A DNA stretch of 64,000 nucleotides from Blasia pusilla (taxonomy: Eukaryota), in NCBI GenBank assembly GCA_050084515.1, contig CM114271.1, positions 29,202,001-29,266,000 on the forward strand, given 5' to 3'. Position numbers and translations under genes: made by a program. Below the pieces are notes generated by a model. That model did no database searches. It was not told the origin of the DNA and saw nothing but the letters and a program-made list of their open reading frames with translations. Shown piece by piece: positions 26,334-37,700 of this stretch; the first letter of the stretch is position 1; each line of letters opens with the position of its first letter.

Positions 26334-29300
26334 TGGAGTATTCCTCAACAACAATCACAGGCAAGAAGCTAGACAAGCAGAATTACAATGTCTGGAAGTT
26401 TCGTATGAAAAAAATTTCTCATGGGTCAAGAACTATGGGAGCTTGTCATAGGTGATGACGCCAAGCCAGAAGGTGACTCAACACACTTGAATGTTTGCTC
26501 TTGGGACAAACGCGCAAGGCAAGTAATCACTATATTTCAATAACGATGAGTTCGCCAATGATAGGTCACATCCAAGATGTTAATACTTTGAAGGAGGCCT
26601 AGGATGCATTGGAAAAACTGTTCCAGACATCTACAAAGGCCAAAAAGCTTCAATTGAAACAACAATTGAACGAAGTGAGGAAAGGATCGTAGAGCATCAA
26701 TGATTATATTTTGAATATCAGACATATTGTTGATTAGTTGAATAGCATTGGAGTGATAGTAGAAGATGATGATATGATTTTATTCACTCTTCAAGGTCTT
26801 CCAAAGGATTACAAGTCCTTTGAGATCTCTATCTTTGTGAGAGAGAAGTATCCAACCTTTCAAGAGTTAGTTCCTCTGTTGAACAGTGAAGAGATTTGCC
26901 TAGTAGGCAACGGTACCTCGTCTAGTCTGCAAGAGAGTGCGCTATTTGCAGGTTATGGATCAAACAAAGGCAGGGGTCGTGGTAGAAACTTCCGTGGTCA
27001 TGGTGGATATCAAGCATATGGAGGAAGAGGCACTCAATATAACGTCACTCAATCAACTACGAACCAGTACCAGACACAAGCACAAGGTGGTGATGATGGA
27101 AACCGTTGGGGTCGAGGTCAGTAGTAGAGGGTCCCTGGATCTTGCAATTACTGTGGGATAAAGGATCACTATGCAAAGTTTTGCTTCAAGAAGAAGGCAG
27201 ATATGAGAACAAGAGCCTTACAACAACAAAACTATGTGGAGCAACAACACCAAGAGCAGTACCAAGAACAACAACATTCATAAACAGAACATCTCCTAGT
27301 TATGACTCATCATATGGGAGCAATGGTCAAGAAAGACTCGAAAACAGATTGGTACATTGACTCTGGCGCATCAAATCACATGATTTCACAAGCTAAATGG
27401 TTCAGTAGTTTGGAGCCGGTGAAAGATCCTGCAATTGTGCTCACAGGAGATGACACTCAACATCATATCATGCATATCGGTTTAGTTCCAATAGCATCAG
27501 ATGATCTTTGTGCTCTTGGAAATGTTCTCTATGTTCCTACCATTGCAAGAAATTTGATCTCTATAGGACAGATAGTAGAACAGGGTTATCAAGTGAAGTT
27601 TAACGCAAATGGTTGTTTCATTGAAATAATAGATGACCAGACTATGATAGCCAAAGGAACTAGATTTGGCAGAATGTTCAAATTAGATGTTTCTATGCCA
27701 GAGATTCAAACAACAATGTATGGTCAAATCGGCCAACAAGTCATAGATCTAAATGTTTGGCATAAAAGAATTGGACATATGAATCTTCAAAGATTACAGA
27801 GTCTTTCATCATCTAATATAGTAATAGGACTTCCTAAATTAGCAAGTCCTGCTACGTTAGAGGTATGTCGTGCTTGCCAATTTGGAAAATAAGCTAGATT
27901 TCTTTTTCCAAAGCAAGGTAGAAGAGCATTCAAGATATTGGAGTTGATCCACAATGATGTTAGGACAGCCTCACAACATAGCCTTAGTGGTTGCCAGTAC
28001 TTTGTTTCAATTATTGATGACTTCTCTAAGTATATATGGGTATACTTTTTGAAAGCCAAGTTAGAGGTATTCTTAGTGTTCCAAACATTCAGAGATCTAG
28101 TAGAGAGGTAGACTGGACAACACATTCTGAAATTGCGTTGTGATGGAGGAGGAGAGTATCTTTCAACAGAGTTTGATGACTATTTACGTCAGAATGGCAT
28201 CCAAAGTCAAGTGACTTTCCGTTACATTCCACAACAAAATGAAGTGGTTGAGAGGAAGAATCGACATATTGCTGAAGCGACACGAGCTATGCTGAATGAG
28301 AAGAACATGCCTAAGGTGTATTGGGCTGAGGCTGTAGCATGTGCAGTCTTCTTAATCCTAAACCCTAAACCCTAAACTCCAACAACAAGGGTTTATGATA
28401 AAACTCCATCCGAAGTCTTCACAGGAAGTAAATCTGATTTTTCCTTCTTGAAAGTATTTGGCTGTATTTGTTATGCTCATGTTCCTTCTGAGAGACATAA
28501 AAAATTAGACCCCAAGTCTGAAAGATGTATCTTCATTGGTTATGCTGATGGAACTAAGGGATATAAGTGCTAATTCCATCCTCTAGGCAGCTTATTATTA
28601 GTCGGGATGTTCTTTTTTATGAGCTAAAGTCATGGTATGCTCCATCTGAACCTATTCCACCTCTAAACTTGACTGTTGAGGGGGAGAATATGACTATAAA
28701 CCAACACACATTGTCTTCAACTTCCCCAAGTACTAGTGCAGGATTAGGAGAGGTTCTGGATTCATCTGTTAAATCTATGAGTCAATGGATGGGAAGAAAA
28801 CATATTCAGTCTGTTGACTCTAGTGAGAGCTCGAGTCAGGTGTTAGAGGCATCTACCTCTGAACAACAACTTCGTAGATCAAGTAGAGTTACACATCTAG
28901 TTCATAGATTCATAAATGAAGGTTTCCTTACGATACATCATGCATATATGATGACTACCCTTCAAGAGCAGGAGCCGAGTTTTTTTGAAGAAGCTACAAG
29001 TAAAGTCAAATGGATTGAAGCTATGAAGGAAGAGCTTGTTGCATTAAGACATCAACAAACATGGAAGCTGGTTGATATACCTTCCGGTAAGGAAGCTATT
29101 GGTTGCAAATGGGTTTACAAAATCAAGCGCAATCAAGCTACTACAATTAACAGATACAAAGCGAGATTGGTGGCTAAGGGCTATGCGAAATAATATGGTA
29201 TCAATTATGAGGAAATATTTAGCCCTGTTGCAAAGATGGCGACTACGAGAACAATGGTTGCAGTTGTAATAAGTAAGAAGTGGAGATTACATCACATGGA

Positions 29301-30535
29301 CGTCAAGAATGCCTTGTTGAATGGAGATCTATACGAGGAGGTATATATGACTCAACCACATGGATACAAGCATCCCAAGTTTCCATTTCGCGTATGCAAG
29401 TTGAAGAAAGATCTATACGGGCTCAAACAAGCTCCAAGAGCTTGGTATGGCAAGATTACATACGTCCTACAAGAGTTGGATTTTAGGGTATGTGATTCTG
29501 ACTCCTCGTTATATGTCTTGAGAGGACAAGATCATACAGTTCTCATTGTGTTGTATGTTGACGATCTCTTGATTATTGGGAATACTGAAGAAATGGTACA
29601 ACAAGTCAAGCTTAAGTTACAAGCAGAATTTGATATGAAGAACTTGGGAGAACTCAAGTACTTCCTTGGTATTGAGTATTGAGTTTATCAAGGTTGGAGA
29701 GAGCATGTGGTTACTACAACGACAATATGCTCTTCATATGCTTTCAAAATATGGTATGACGGCTTGTAAGCCAATCTCTACACCGTTGGACCATAACGTG
29801 AAGCTAAGAGTGGATGAAGCAGAGTTGCTTGCAGATTCTAATATGTACAGGTGCATGGTTGGAAGTTTGATCTATCTAACTATAACCAGACCAGATTTGA
29901 GCTATGCTGTAGGCCTAGTGAGCCAGTTTATGCAAGCACCTCGAAAACCTCACCTTAATGCTATGAAGAGGATTATGTGGTATGTGAAATTCTCTATTCA
30001 ATTCGGGCTTCAATTTGAACCTTCTCCGAGTTTTCAATTATAGGGATTCACAGATGCTGATTGGGCAAGAAGCGTGTCTGATCGACACTCCAGATCTGGT
30101 TATTCATTTACTTTGAGAAGCGCAGCTATAAGTTGGGCTTCAAAGAAGCAACCTACAGTTGCTTTAGCTTCAACAGAGGCTGAGTACAGAGGAGCAACCA
30201 ATGCAGCATGTGAAGCGGTGTGGCTTCATCGATTATTTGTTTAGATTGGTATTAGTTACTTAGGACCTAGTGTAATATATGCAGACAATATTAGTATCAT
30301 CAAGGTTGCTAATAACCTTGTGTTTCATGCTCGTACAAAGTATGTTGAGGTGCACTTTCATTTTATCAAAGAGAAAGTGCTTGCACGAGAAATTGATCTT
30401 GTATATATAGTTACGGATCAACTAATTGCTGATATCGTTACAAACGCATTGTCCAGAGATAAGTTTGAGATGTTTAGAAAGGATTTAGGCGTTAGAGATA
30501 TCGATATGAGCTTGAGGGTGAGTATTGAAGATTGA
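26334..30535 (+). pseudogene. copia gag-pol polyprotein, disrupted
   Basis: ORF fragments 26738-27124, 27302-27892, 28133-28375, 28567-29193, 29236-29682, 29666-30043 and 30320-30535 carry copia motifs in gag-PR-IN-RT-RH order. Confidence 0.92.
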
Positions 30536-30836
30536 GTTACAGTCAAGCTCATGAGACACGTGAACTACTACATTTGGTACTCACACGAAGTAGGGAAGTT
30601 TAATCGTGGTTAGTCAATTAAGCATGATTATCTTAACCAGGGTTAGTTAATCACAGTTGGTCTAACTCAAGACTATGGTTAAGGGTAGGGTTAGGATTGC
30701 TTGTACATACCCTATGTAATTGAGAAGAGGACCAGCCTCCACTCCATTTCTCTCATTGCAAATTTTGTTCTCCATGGTGGTGTGTGTGTGTGAGAGCCGT
30801 TTTCCACCAGTTATGCTTGTTTAGCACTTTTCCACG
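30523..30836 (+). repeat. 3' LTR of copia element
   Basis: Direct repeat of 25500-25813, followed by TSD CAACC. Confidence 0.93.
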
Positions 30837-32423
30837 CAACCGACCTCTAAGACATCTATATCCTTGCTATGAAACCAAAGTAATGGATCTAGGGACATGA
30901 GAAAACCAAAAGGCGGCCTTGTGCAACCAAACATCGAACACAAGTGAGCCTCACAGTGCTAGTGGAATAGTAAGAGAGGAATTTTGGTGGCAAGAGCAAA
31001 ACTTCGGGAGAAAAATAAATATATGAAGGAACTTGAAGAACTTGGGTATCAGACCTTGCTCAAATATCTGGCCACACAAGAAACATCGAAAGTCACTAAA
31101 TTTTAAAGTCGTAGAGAAATGCAAGATCAGGAAGTCCATAGATCACAATTTTGATCTTGCATTTCCACATTGTGCACTTTTTCCATAGATCCAATTCCAC
31201 ATTTGGAAAAAGTCCAAATGTGGAAGTAGCTATGGAAAAAGTGCACAATCTGCGAATCTCCGCAAGTTCTATACTCAAGTGTAAGGGTCCCACAATGCAA
31301 TCCCAAGTAGGGAGGCTGAAAAATTGCAAAGAATGTCAAGTGTGACGTCCCACATTGATCCAAAGTTAGGAAACTGTTGCAACACTATTAGCATACGAAC
31401 AAGGCACAGGAATAATTTCGGACTTGCGAACAATAGAGAAAGTAGAAAAGTAGAAAGCGCGACAGCACTAGATCAAAGCTTAAGAACCCAGGTGCAGACT
31501 ATGTTAAAAGAATCTCCCCAACCTATGTGCGGACTCAAGAGTCTTGATTCTCGAACAAAATGGACCCATGCTACGGAGCCTCCAAAAAAAGTGGCAGGCT
31601 AGGTCTTAATCTTATCCCATCACTGCACGATGTGGATCATAACCATCCAATTTTCCAGTCACTCAACGAATCCTTCCTTACAATGAAGACATTCAGTTTT
31701 CCGCTGGCCTGAAAAGTAATTGGAGGGATTCAGGGAGCCTTATTTCGAGGAGGGATAGTTTTCTAGTATTTTCAGCCAGACGGCAAGCACATTCCGAGGA
31801 ATCCCTGTAGGAATAGTGCTATGAGATGTCATTCACTTGAGGGGCCCGTTAGTAGCCGGAAACTTATCAGAATCCCATGGAAATGCAGCCAAAAGCAAGG
31901 TTCGGGGAGTTTTTTTGAAATTATCAGGCTATTACTGGTATTACTCATATTTTATCGAAAATTAATCTTTGGTGCAAGTCGTAGCTGGAAGTTTTGTGAC
32001 TTTCCGACTATTTTCTAGAAATCGTTTTTCTTGTCAGTAAAAATCTGAATTTTTTTTCCTCTTCTTATTTTTGGGTTTTTTCTCACCCCCGGCCAATTTC
32101 CGGCAGAACTTTGTAAAGCCGGCCAAAAATCGGCTAGGCCTAACTCTCCCAAAAAAAATTCCACTAACTCCTTCCATCCTCCACAATCCTGGAATGCTCA
32201 AACTTGAAGTATGATATCAAATTCTTCCCCTGGACTAAACATGCAATCAAACATACAATATTCTAATGTATTAAAAAAATCATCCTTGGCAGGAGTTGAA
32301 CCTGACAAAACTCCCACCAATTGGGAGCCAAGGATCCTATCCCTCTTGAATACTTGGAGCAATGAGGCTCATACTCAAGAAGGGTCATACTCCCTAAAAC
32401 TCAAAATATCAAAGTCTTCTAAT

Positions 32424-34640
32424 CTAGAGGTGTTTCATTAGCTTTAACTTCTTCATTCGGGGAAATATATATGGATTTGCAAACAAGTACCTAAAATGAG
32501 CAGAATTCTTCCACAAGACCACAGACTCAGACAACATCTCCTGGTAATCAGAGGAAGGTCCTTCTAAAGCAATCCTCAAGACAACATCTAAGTACTTGGT
32601 GGTCAACCTATTACGAGATTTAGTCTTGATCATGTTTTGAATGGAAAAGACTCTCACACATATGGCAATACTAACACACTGGACTCTAGCTACATTAGCC
32701 AAAATCAGTAAATTAGAAAACTTACATTGCAATGAGGGACTCCAACTTACCATCATCCACAAATCTCTGAAGTTGTGATCCTTCCACTTAGTGGTAGCCA
32801 TCAATTTGAAAGACTAGAACTCTTACTAAACAATTGGAGAATTAATGATAGCAGGTTGCAACTCACCCCACAATGGCAATTGAGCTCCAAAAAAACCACA
32901 CAAGTCATCCAAATCTTTATACCCCCAACTATTCAATCCCACTTTCCGAAAAGGCATGTGCAAAGGATTGAGGATTCTCATTGATCCAATGAGGTTATTA
33001 TCTCGAAATCGCTCCTGTAAAGCTGCACACACACTTTCAGCTAACCTTTTCTGAAAGAATAAGGTAGTCTCCAAGTCCCTTACGTTCTGATCCCGAGACA
33101 TAGCAATGCTATGAAATTTTTTACCCCTTATCTCACATTGTAAACGACAAAGAGAACAACAAGGTGGCCCAAAATCAAGAAGTTGATTGTAATCTATATC
33201 TTCAGAGAAGGTGGAGGCATTCAAGTAATGAGTTTCCATGAAAAAATTCATCCTAATCCTAGCTATCTCCGAATTGAAAATGCTCCCTATAGTGCTAACA
33301 TCCACAAACTGGTGGTGAAATATCTTACTTGAATTTGCAAGCATGGAAAGAATGTCAGCCAAAAAGTATAATTGATAAATCATTTGGAATGATCTCAACC
33401 TGTTAAATAAATTTGCAGCATTCCCATCGTCCTCTGAAGGGGAAATATCTCTGAAGTATGTCAATACTGATTCCAGAGAATCACACAATGTGGTAACAAC
33501 CTGCCAACGGGATAACCATCTAATCTTGTGGTATCTCTTCATGACACACTTGGAGTCATTGAATTTTTCCTGCAAAGACGCTAGAATTTTTTTCCTCTTG
33601 GACGACCTTCTAAAGTAGCCAACTATTGCATTGTGAATCGAATCAATTCCAGAGGATATTGACTTGCTATCAGGAGCTTTAGTAGTTGATAAAGACACCA
33701 AATTTGTTCTATGGGCTACACAATGAATTGAAAGAATGTAGGGATTTACCTTCTGCTTCATTTGGGATGTCACCCGTGTCTGGCTAGCTACCATTGTAGA
33801 AGCACCATCTGAACCAAATGCTACCATTTTGGAGAATTCTAATCCTCCATCTTTCATAAGTTGCAACAAACTTTCAGTAATAGCATTAGCATATTTTGAT
33901 TCGCAACGAAGTAGTCCTAGAAAACAACATTCTGCTTGGCCCTCTTCAACGAAGGTGGCAAACACAACCAAATGCCCTGTTACAGATATGTTAGTTGACT
34001 CACCGATCATAATGCCAAAGAAAGGAGAGGCTTGAACTCTCGCAAGAGTTCTTTTAAACAAAACTTGGCTAATGAAATAAGACATCTCACTACAACTCTT
34101 TTCATCTTGATATAGGTCTCTGGTAATAGGGGCATTGACAAAAAGCATCAACTTACAAAGGCTGGGAAATTTCAAAAATGGCATAGCCTCCTTTGCAAGA
34201 AAGTATGCGCACTTAAAGATTGTCAAGGGAGCAACTTCGCAGGTTTGGTTGGTGGTGGCTGTGGCCTTGGCCATCAACTTCTTACCCCCATATGCAACCC
34301 ATGCAAGTTGGATGTGCTCATTGGACTTGGCATGATCAGTAAACGCTAAAACCTTGCAATTTATAGCTCCATCTTTGGCAAACACACTCTTCCCCTACCC
34401 CTTCTTACAAACTTTACAAAAGATTCTACCAAGGACTGAATCAAACTCAATCCAATCATACATTGAGTACCATACATCCTTCTAGGCTACTCTAACTTTT
34501 TCAGGTAAACCTGCACTGCTTCCTGATGGAGGCTGCTCTTCTCTATCGTCAGATGAGCCAGACAATGCGATAATGTCAGGCCCATCGTTTATTTGTTCCT
34601 TATCTAGGAACGAAGTCATTATCTTCTGTCTCTTGGCCAT
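32424..34640 (-). pseudogene. hAT transposase (ZNF862/DUF4371-like, TTF-type zinc finger, C-terminal dimerisation domain) with premature stops and a frameshift
   Basis: N-terminal W..W......FCKVC...H....H zinc finger interrupted by two TAG stops. The 519-aa ORF contains FFGIMIGESTN, FGSDGASTM, HCVAHRTNL and IRWLSR. The C-terminal SIAICVRVFS..N.IKT..RNRL is in another frame. Confidence 0.88.
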
Positions 34641-34701
34641 ATGCGCTTGTGAGCAACTATAAGGGATTTCCACCTGAACCCTAAACCCAGCGCAAGGAAA
34701 C

Positions 34702-34730
34702 AATGAATGAATGAATGAATGAATGAATGA
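34702..34730. repeat. (ATGA)n microsatellite
   Basis: AATGAATGAATGAATGAATGAATGAATGA. Confidence 0.85.
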
Positions 34731-37700
34731 AGAGATTCAACTTGCTGGATGATAGTAGCTACTTGGGTTGCTGTCAATAAGCTAACGTAGTAAATAGCAA
34801 GAGCATGGAGAGCCCACGGGCTGCAGATAGGAGAAGGATACCCAAATCGACTGTTGGCCCTCTCGGTAGTGACAGAAAACACGGAGAGAATCCGAAAGCC
34901 GACTCGGCCAAGTGAGCGGATGTGGAAGCCGAGCTATCGAGTGAGAAAATGTAGCTTACGGAATGACACTGTAATAGTCACCAAGAAAAAAAATTGCCCA
35001 GTGAAACGTGAAAGCCTCCCAACGAAATTGTCGCGCCCCTACTCTCCTTGAACGTCAATCTTTAGTGTTGCGGAAGCGTGCGTTCAGTAGGTCACGAACT
35101 CATCGCCGATCTGCACCCAAACACGCACTCTCGTTAGTCGGGTTTGGCCAACCGGCGTTCCAACCCACCGAGTCCTCAACTCGGCGTCTCATCAAGCTCA
35201 ACCTTCCTTAGTTCCTAGCTTCCAACACATGGCAAGTCCTTCAAGACTTGGAACAGACTATCTGGTTAGTCCAAGGATCTGAAACGACACTTGCGCACCT
35301 AGCGATCCCAATTGTTCAACGGTCCTCGGGTGAGTTCCGAACCGAGACCCAAGTAATTGAGTCGCGGGGTGGAATCCAAGAGGGATTTCTAAAATCGCCT
35401 CACTGGACTTGGTGCAGGTTTTCCAACCCAACCCCCAAACTCGCATTCCGTTCCATGCCCTTGAGCCGCCCCGCGGCGCCCAAAGTGGGGTTTGGGTTCC
35501 AAGCACTCTCGGAGACCTTCCCCCTTACTAGTACTTCTGGGGTTCTCCAATAACCCCTCCCCTTTGGGGAAAGAGGTTCGGGCCCTTCATTGTGGCCCTC
35601 AACCCGACTCCACTTACAGTCGTTTTTGGGTTGTATCTCGGCCGCTGCTTATGCGTTTGCAGCGATCTTTAGTGCGTTTGGACTGGATTTTCATAAGATT
35701 TCCAACGCATCCTTATTTTCTCCAAACGCATATCGGCACTAAAAGTTATGGCCATAAATACAGTCGGAAACTCTCAAACGCTAGTGGCGTTCCAAATCCG
35801 GATCTTCCCTTTGGCAACCCACTTCCTAGACTCGACTTCTTTCAAGTCTCATTCCGTGTTTGGTCCAGGTTTCTCAGTCGCGACCATAACACGTGAAACG
35901 CGACTCCTCGTTCGCGTCTCGTCTCTTGTCTCCTCTTTGAGACAACTCCAACGCGCAAACCATCTTAGCGTGAGCCCGCTAATGTTCCGATGTTCCGCTT
36001 GGCATTTGTTTGGTCATGAGGGTCGCGACAGAAATGTAAAATAGTGAAAGCCGAAAAGCAACCAAAAAAGTCTAATCCGAAATGCATCATCCGAAAATCC
36101 AAAGTACGTAGAGCCAAACTTGCTACCAAAGTTGGAAAGGTACGTAGGAATGTAGCACAAACTGCCACTAAGCACTGTAGCCAAATACGAAGAGTGAAAG
36201 CAGAAAAGCAGCTAGGAAAGCAAAATCCGAAAAGAAGTGGCTCGAAAAAGCCAAATCCAAAAATCTGATGCGCATGGACAGGGGAGTCTGGACTCTGAAC
36301 TTCTGAAGACCCGAGGTCTCGAAGCACATAAACATCAAAGGTTCCACCCTCTCAAACCAAATGATATGGAGCCGAGGGCCGACTCGGCCGAGGGTGAGAC
36401 GAGCAACCACGCATGAACGAGGGTCCGCCCGCAGGTAAATTGGATGCGCAAACTTATAGAGTCTTGGACGTAGAAATTAGAACAAGATAGCAGATTGGTC
36501 AGGAACGAGGGCCCATCGTAGGAAAAGTAACCACAAAAGTAAAGTAGACTCGTGGAGTCGCGGTCGTAGAACCTAAAACGAGACAGAAAAGCAGATCATG
36601 AACGAGGGCCGGCTCGCAGGTAAATCGGATGCGCAGACTCTCAAAGTCCCGGACGTAGAAGTGAGAAAAAGATGATTAGAGGATGAGAGCGGACTTAGAG
36701 GAGAGGAGCTCAGGAGACTCAATCTCTTGAGGAAAAGCCTGTGAGACTCTGAGAGCGGACTCAACGGAGAATGAGGGTCTAGAGCGCCCGCATTGGGGTC
36801 TCCACCCACGTGTTGGCCCCCTCCGAAAACGCTCCCTTATCTTCAATCCGTCCAATACTGATCAGATGACTCACATTAGTGCCCTAAATGGACGTTAGGG
36901 CACATATTACAAAGGGACAGTGCGGATTAAGCTGTCTTCTCCTCGAGCGCATCTTGCCGTCCATCAATTTTCCGGCTACCAGAAAAGCACTAGGCACATA
37001 ACCGTTGCCCCAGAAATTCACTCCGTCCAAAAACCCACTTCCCTGACTGGACGGCATAACTTTCCGGAAAATTCCCGTTGGGAAATAGTCCAATTTTGGC
37101 ATTTTCCCCGTTTAGTCCCACTAGTTACCAAAATCTACTTAGATTCGCCCAAAAACCCTGCTAACGACCCTAAACCGCGGTCGGAAAGTCATAAAATCTG
37201 CTGGCCGGGTTACTCATAACCCCGGATCTCTCCAAACATTGGCCAAAAGTTTCCGAGATAACCGAGAAATGGCGAAAAGTGCTAGCCAGCACTACTCGCG
37301 ATCCCGGATCTGTGAAATCATTGCTTGGATGCACTTGCATTAACTCAGATAGCACTACTTGTCTCAATCAAGGGTCACAAGACCTATGATAGCTTACATA
37401 TACACATGCAGACAAGGTGGATGCTATCCTTGACTCATACTTTGGACATAGGTTTGTAGGGTATGCATGCAAAACTGATGGTATGAAATGAAGACAAGGT
37501 TAAAAAATACCACCATTGTAGCCGTTTTGAACAAGTTTGGGAACAACTAATTTTTGTCAAAGCGTATATTCGTTACACCATCACATGCTTTATCTAAAAA
37601 CTAATGTTAGGGGATGACTGTGAGAGCAAGGTCATTGCTGCTCCAATGGTGCAGAGGCATTGGGGGATGCAAGGGAGTGAGCCATATTGGCTCTCAAGGC

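Larger units (their letters stand above)
25500..30836 (+). mobile_element. Full-length Ty1/copia LTR retrotransposon, pseudogenised
   Basis: LTRs 25500-25813 and 30523-30836; 5-bp TSD CAACC (25495-25499, 30837-30841); Met-type PBS TGATATCAAAGC at 25814; purine tract before the 3' LTR. Domains: gag, protease WYIDSGAS, GAG-pre-integrase WHKRIGH, integrase RCDGGGEY/ERKNR, RT YKARLVAKG/LYVDDL, RNase H FHARTK. Many stops and frameshifts. Confidence 0.95.
31896..37241 (-). mobile_element. Younger hAT DNA transposon with TIRs and perfect 8-bp TSD
   Basis: TSD GCCAAAAG at 31888-31895 and 37242-37249; imperfect TIRs CAAGGTTCGGGGAG / CAATGTTTGGAGAG (11/14); encodes a hAT transposase. Confidence 0.88.
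22648..37323 (-). mobile_element. Old hAT DNA transposon (ZNF862-like transposase remnants ~23300-24960) hosting nested insertions
   Basis: 23300-24960 is collinear with the younger hAT transposase at 32430-34640 but has stops and an internal deletion. Its left terminus CAGGGTTTAGGGAGA resembles the left end of the younger copy, and its right terminus CCCGGATCTGTGAAATCATTG resembles the younger right end. The flanks GTTGGGTG and CTTGGATG match at 6/8 as a candidate TSD. Confidence 0.6.

Noticed and set aside
36044-36268. Lys-rich histone H1-like ORF
   Set aside because: Compositional artefact of A-rich repeats in the hAT non-coding region; no ATG start and no globular domain.
36410-36680. 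Two ~75-bp direct repeats as a CRISPR-like array
   Set aside because: Only two diverged copies inside the hAT non-coding arm, eukaryotic context and no cas genes.
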